Positions 62,101 through 64,000 of a stretch of DNA of 64,000 nt are shown piece by piece. Every line of letters begins with the position of its first letter. Position 1 is the stretch's first letter. Below the pieces are notes generated by a model. That model searched no databases. It was not told the DNA's origin and saw only the letters and a list, made by a program, of their open reading frames with translations. Source of the DNA: an uncultured Bacteroidota bacterium (GTDB taxonomy: Bacteria; Bacteroidota; Ignavibacteria; Kryptoniales; JAKASW01); the NCBI GenBank assembly GCA_963808245.1, contig CAWEES010000002.1, positions 113,676 through 177,675 on the forward strand. Reading direction: 5' to 3'. Both the position numbers and the translations under genes were made by a program.

Positions 62101-62422
62101 AGTTGAAACAAAGTGTTCGATCTTGAAAGACACCGTGTTTGACAAATCCATTCAGCATGAAGTCGGAGAGGACGACATACACAGTTTCTCTGATTTCCAT
62201 TCCCAGATGGGAGGAATGGTGTACGCGTTCGAGTCACCTTATAGTGGCATCCCAAACGACGTGGTGCTCAAGTATGCCGGATTGTTAGACAATGAACTAA
62301 GCGAATACCTGCAGCGATTCGACGGAATATTGGACAAGGACATTCCGGAATTCAATAAAATAGCGGAAGAGAATTCAGTCCCAATAATTTTCGGAGGACC
62401 GAGAATCGAAGTTGAGGAGTAG
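59183..62422 (+). CDS. secreted BNR/Asp-box repeat, sortilin (VPS10)-like beta-propeller protein
   Basis: Signal peptide ending NCAFAQD. Repeated Asp-box-like motifs: S.DGG.SW, T.DAGKTW, STDGGTTW, S.DLGDHW, S.DGGDSW, T.DGGTHW, T.DGGKTW, T.DNFGKSW, S.DNGTGW. ATG at 59183 with an AGGAGG SD. Confidence 0.65.
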   Translation: MKYNLLRHAMYQQDASLIFLFVICFGVVNIFSTNCAFAQDSVKDTTDLLQNIPFRNIGPAAAGGRVSAVVGVPGKPNIYYVGAAGGGVFKTIDGGISWKAVFEKEPSLSIGAIAIAPSNPNFIWVGTGEANLRNDIITGKGVYFSPDAGKSWQEMGLKDAGQISRIVIDPSNPDNVFVAAIGHAWAPNSERGIFRTTDAGKTWQKVLYVNDTTGASDLIFEPDNPKVLFAALWQVQRHPWALDDGGDGGGLHRSTDGGTTWTKLTEGLPKRPLGRIALAAAPSDPNHIYALIETKNGLLWDSDDLGDHWKMVSNNHALDVRPFYFSRFIVSPDNEDKLYFLSFIISKSTDGGKTAKSINGEVHVDQHDIWIDPQNPDRIILGNDGGVYLSLDGGDSWRFLNNLPIEQFYQVASDSSNPYNLGGGLQDNNAWYGTSHNLDGRAITGQNWFIVAGGDGEYVVPAPSNPNIVYAESQNGWLSRIDLRTGISKDIRPYLYDAPDMPPSKLKYRFNWTTPIAVAASNENEVCLGANVLFKTMDGGTHWEVISPDLTRNDKSKQIPSGGKVELDMSGAENFDTILSIAISPLDSNIIWIGTDDGLVQVTLDGGKTWDNVTKNIPQLPEWGRIYQVEPSPFDKGGCCITVDFHELDDNRPYVFETDNFGKSWTSISKGLPDGYPAHVIREDPNKRGLLIVGTDHGLYYSKDNGTGWRDLKSNFPTVCVYDLKFVKQSHDFVVATHGRGIFVLDNITPLEEFDNNMDHDKFRLFTALPAYMFHRWDKDGFNDLSTYSAPNPPAGAMIDYYLKDTISITPKETKGHETPVKVEISSSAEKHVATLYGTAHKGFNRYVWNLRYQSPAPLRLDDRETERANPFTSNGPLVVPGVYKIRVTVDGMTDTTQVEVKPDPRFETPLDFFASNTDNGLKARNEMSTLNEMLNRIQNIQSQIATIRKSVATDENGMKSGKYKAVLDQLDSVETKCSILKDTVFDKSIQHEVGEDDIHSFSDFHSQMGGMVYAFESPYSGIPNDVVLKYAGLLDNELSEYLQRFDGILDKDIPEFNKIAEENSVPIIFGGPRIEVEE

Positions 62423-62688
62423 AGAATACCGGTAGAAATGCAAAACTAGAGGAACGAAGGATTCACTAAAGCAATTAAGAGTTTTCTTTTCTTCAGACAG
62501 ACAGGTTGCAGAATCGGTGTTATGTTACTCTACAATAAAGAGACCATGTCGTTACTTCGGATCGATTCCTCTTTACCCAAATAGCTAATCTGCCATCTTC
62601 CCTGCGTAATCACTACGTCAATTTCAGGAGAAGCAGGATCGCTACACCTCACTTTCAGCTTTGTAAGTTGAAGGTTCTCCTTCATGCA

Positions 62689-62720
62689 TTTGCTTTCAAG
62701 GCTCGACAACTATAAATTTA
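62689..62720 (+). promoter_or_regulatory. candidate FCB-type promoter for the TPP riboswitch transcript (TTTG-N20-TAAATTTA)
   Basis: TTTG at 62689-62692 and TAAATTTA at 62713-62720 (7 of 8 matches to TAnnTTTG). This would place a transcription start a few nt before riboswitch helix P1 (62724). Motif matching only. Confidence 0.3.
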
Positions 62721-62721
62721 A

Positions 62722-62822
62722 TTGTCCGTTAGGGGTGCTATCCCATGAAATTGTTAAACGGGATGGCTGAGAAAAACCCTACGAACCTGATCTGGACAAT
62801 ACCAGCGGAGGAAAATGGACCG
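62722..62822 (+). promoter_or_regulatory. TPP (THI-box) riboswitch
   Basis: GTCCGTTAGGGGTGCTATCCC...GGGATGGCTGAGAAAAACCCTACGAACCTGATCTGGACAATACCAGCGGAGGAAAATGGAC matches the THI-element core (GGGGUGC, CUGAGA, ACCCU..GAACCUGAUCUGGAUAAUACCAGCG.AGGAA). P1 (GTCC/GGAC) and P3 (GCTATCCC/GGGATGGC) pairings are visible. It lies 86 nt upstream of the TonB-dependent receptor ATG. Confidence 0.85.
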
Positions 62823-62907
62823 AGCTTTTCTATCGTTAGCCGTTTTTGTTTTCAACCGCAGTATTTCTAATCGAGACAAAAACGGTTTAATTGTCTATGG
62901 AGAAGCT

Positions 62908-64000
62908 ATGAAAACACAATGGGTTATATGCCTCGTTCTATTAGTCAATTCAATGTCAGTGAACGCCCAGGACAAGTTTAGTTTAAATGGAGTTGTCGTT
63001 GATTCATCAGACAATTCAAAAATAGTCGGGGCTCGTATAAGTCTTCTCCCGGGGCTCGACAGCACAACGAGTGATTCAAACGGTAAATTTAGCTTCGTAA
63101 ATGTACATCGAGGCAAGTACCTCATTGAAATTTCCGCTCTCGGATATAGTCCCGTAAATGTAGCTGCGACGGTCCCAAGTGAATCGTGCACAATATATAT
63201 GACGAGAAAGACTTATCACCTTTTACCAATCCTAGTCACGGCTCAACTTGCAAAAGAAAGGCAATCGCCAGTCACTTTTAGCGAGTTGCCTGATAAGGTA
63301 ATCGAACATCAATTCGCTTATCAGGACGTCCCTAGTTTGTTATCGCAGCTTCCATCCGTAACTCAGTATTCCGAAAATGGCGAAGGCATCGGCTACTCTT
63401 ACATCACGATGCGCGGTTTTGACCAACGAAGAATCTCTATCATGGTCAATGGAATTCCACTAAACGACCCTGAAGATCACAACGTCTACTGGATCGATGT
63501 CCCTGACCTGCAAGCAAACACCCAGTCGATCCAGGTCCAGCGCGGCGCGGGAAATGAATTCTATGGGGCTCCAGCAATTGGCGGATCAATTAACCTCGAA
63601 ACAACTAATCTTGCAAACGATCGCGCTCTGAACTTCACTTTCGGTGCAGGATCCACAGGCTCAAATGGAGTTGTGCAGAGATATTCCACCACTCTCAGTT
63701 CAGGATTAATTGATAATCGATATTCGATTTATGCTCATCTTGCAAAGAATATGACCGATGGGTATCGGCAGGATTCATGGGTAAATCTGGACAGTTATTT
63801 CATTAACGCAACGAGGTACGACGACAACGTAACGACCGAGATAAACATTTACGGTGGGCCCATTTCAGATGGACTTTCTTACTTAGGGCTGCCGAAGTCT
63901 GAAGCGTTAGACAAAAATCTTCGCACAGCTAATTGGGATGACTGGAATAGCGACAGCACTATAGTCGACTATTCGCCGCACATGACCCGGTTCATCGCGA
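62908..64000 (+). CDS. TonB-dependent outer-membrane receptor (3' partial, runs off the right edge), probable thiamine-related uptake
   Basis: Not in the ORF track because it has no stop inside the window. My translation is open from the ATG at 62908 to nt 64000. It reads MKTQWVICLVLLVNSMSVNAQD (signal), then a CarboxypepD_reg-like domain (LNGVVVDSSDNSKIVGARISL...SNGKFSF...GKYLIEISALGY). A plug domain follows (YITMRGFDQRRISIMVNGIPLNDPEDHNVYW...IQVQRGAGNEFYGAPAIGGSINLET). Confidence 0.85.
   Translation, partial: MKTQWVICLVLLVNSMSVNAQDKFSLNGVVVDSSDNSKIVGARISLLPGLDSTTSDSNGKFSFVNVHRGKYLIEISALGYSPVNVAATVPSESCTIYMTRKTYHLLPILVTAQLAKERQSPVTFSELPDKVIEHQFAYQDVPSLLSQLPSVTQYSENGEGIGYSYITMRGFDQRRISIMVNGIPLNDPEDHNVYWIDVPDLQANTQSIQVQRGAGNEFYGAPAIGGSINLETTNLANDRALNFTFGAGSTGSNGVVQRYSTTLSSGLIDNRYSIYAHLAKNMTDGYRQDSWVNLDSYFINATRYDDNVTTEINIYGGPISDGLSYLGLPKSEALDKNLRTANWDDWNSDSTIVDYSPHMTRFIA

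Noticed and set aside
62530-62685. A 51-codon minus-strand ORF (MKENLQLTKLKVRCSDPASPEIDVVITQGRWQISYLGKEESIRSNDMVSLL) in the 300-bp gap between the BNR protein gene and the TPP riboswitch.
   Set aside because: It has no SD and no motif I recognise, it is short, and no comparative data are available. It could be real, but the sequence alone cannot support it.
1-64000. Whole-window scan for CRISPR arrays, IS elements or transposases, integrases, tRNA or rRNA genes, toxin-antitoxin pairs and defence-system hallmarks.
   Set aside because: No regularly spaced repeats, no terminal inverted repeats flanking ORFs, no recombinase, nuclease or defence motifs, and no tRNA-like T-arm/anticodon architecture were seen by eye. 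A dedicated tRNAscan, Infernal or CRISPR search would still be needed to exclude small elements.

Overview
This window looks like chromosomal core sequence from a Gram-negative, FCB-group-like bacterium. The Ignavibacteria/Chlorobi/Bacteroidetes affinity is inferred only from protein flavour and promoter-like motifs, because no search was run. I can support 48 protein-coding genes. 47 are on the + strand; the only one on the - strand is a YbgF-like lipoprotein gene at 1029-1814.

Gene content, in order:
- a partial GIY-YIG/UvrC-like nuclease at the left edge
- a very large GH13-like amylase-family protein, a Na+/solute symporter, pdxH, and a CNNM/GldE-like protein
- aroK-aroB and purM
- a secreted GH29-GH20-GH29 glycosidase trio
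- dnaK and clpB
- a mosaic hisB-proC-hisH-hisA-hisF-hisI-purE operon
- rmlD and serS
- two ABC half-transporter genes split by a 2-hydroxyacid dehydrogenase gene
- a CE2/SGNH esterase, a hemerythrin, an aminotransferase, and acnA
- a zinc-ribbon/kinase/FGE-domain membrane protein
- rpmE, rsmB, a class II aldolase, and a CDF transporter
- a tightly overlapping alaX-acyP-ispF-dedA-PHP-lnt string
- ltaE, trpE, a frameshifted trpG, a LOG-family gene, a LysM lytic transglycosylase, and a large BNR/sortilin-like protein
- a TPP riboswitch in front of a TonB-dependent receptor that runs off the right edge

I saw no rRNA, tRNA, CRISPR array, transposase, integrase or obvious prophage or defence genes.

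I did not find a convincing new multi-gene system. The items most worth a second look are:
- the kinase-FGE receptor, whose kinase catalytic motifs are all degenerate (predicted pseudokinase)
- a CDF transporter with three tandem cytoplasmic domains
- a +1 frameshift in a G4 run inside trpG
- the asymmetric ABC pair interrupted by a dehydrogenase
- a few short repeat and operator-like motifs in intergenic regions

All functional calls come from recognising motifs by eye in the supplied translations. No HMM or BLAST evidence exists for any of them.
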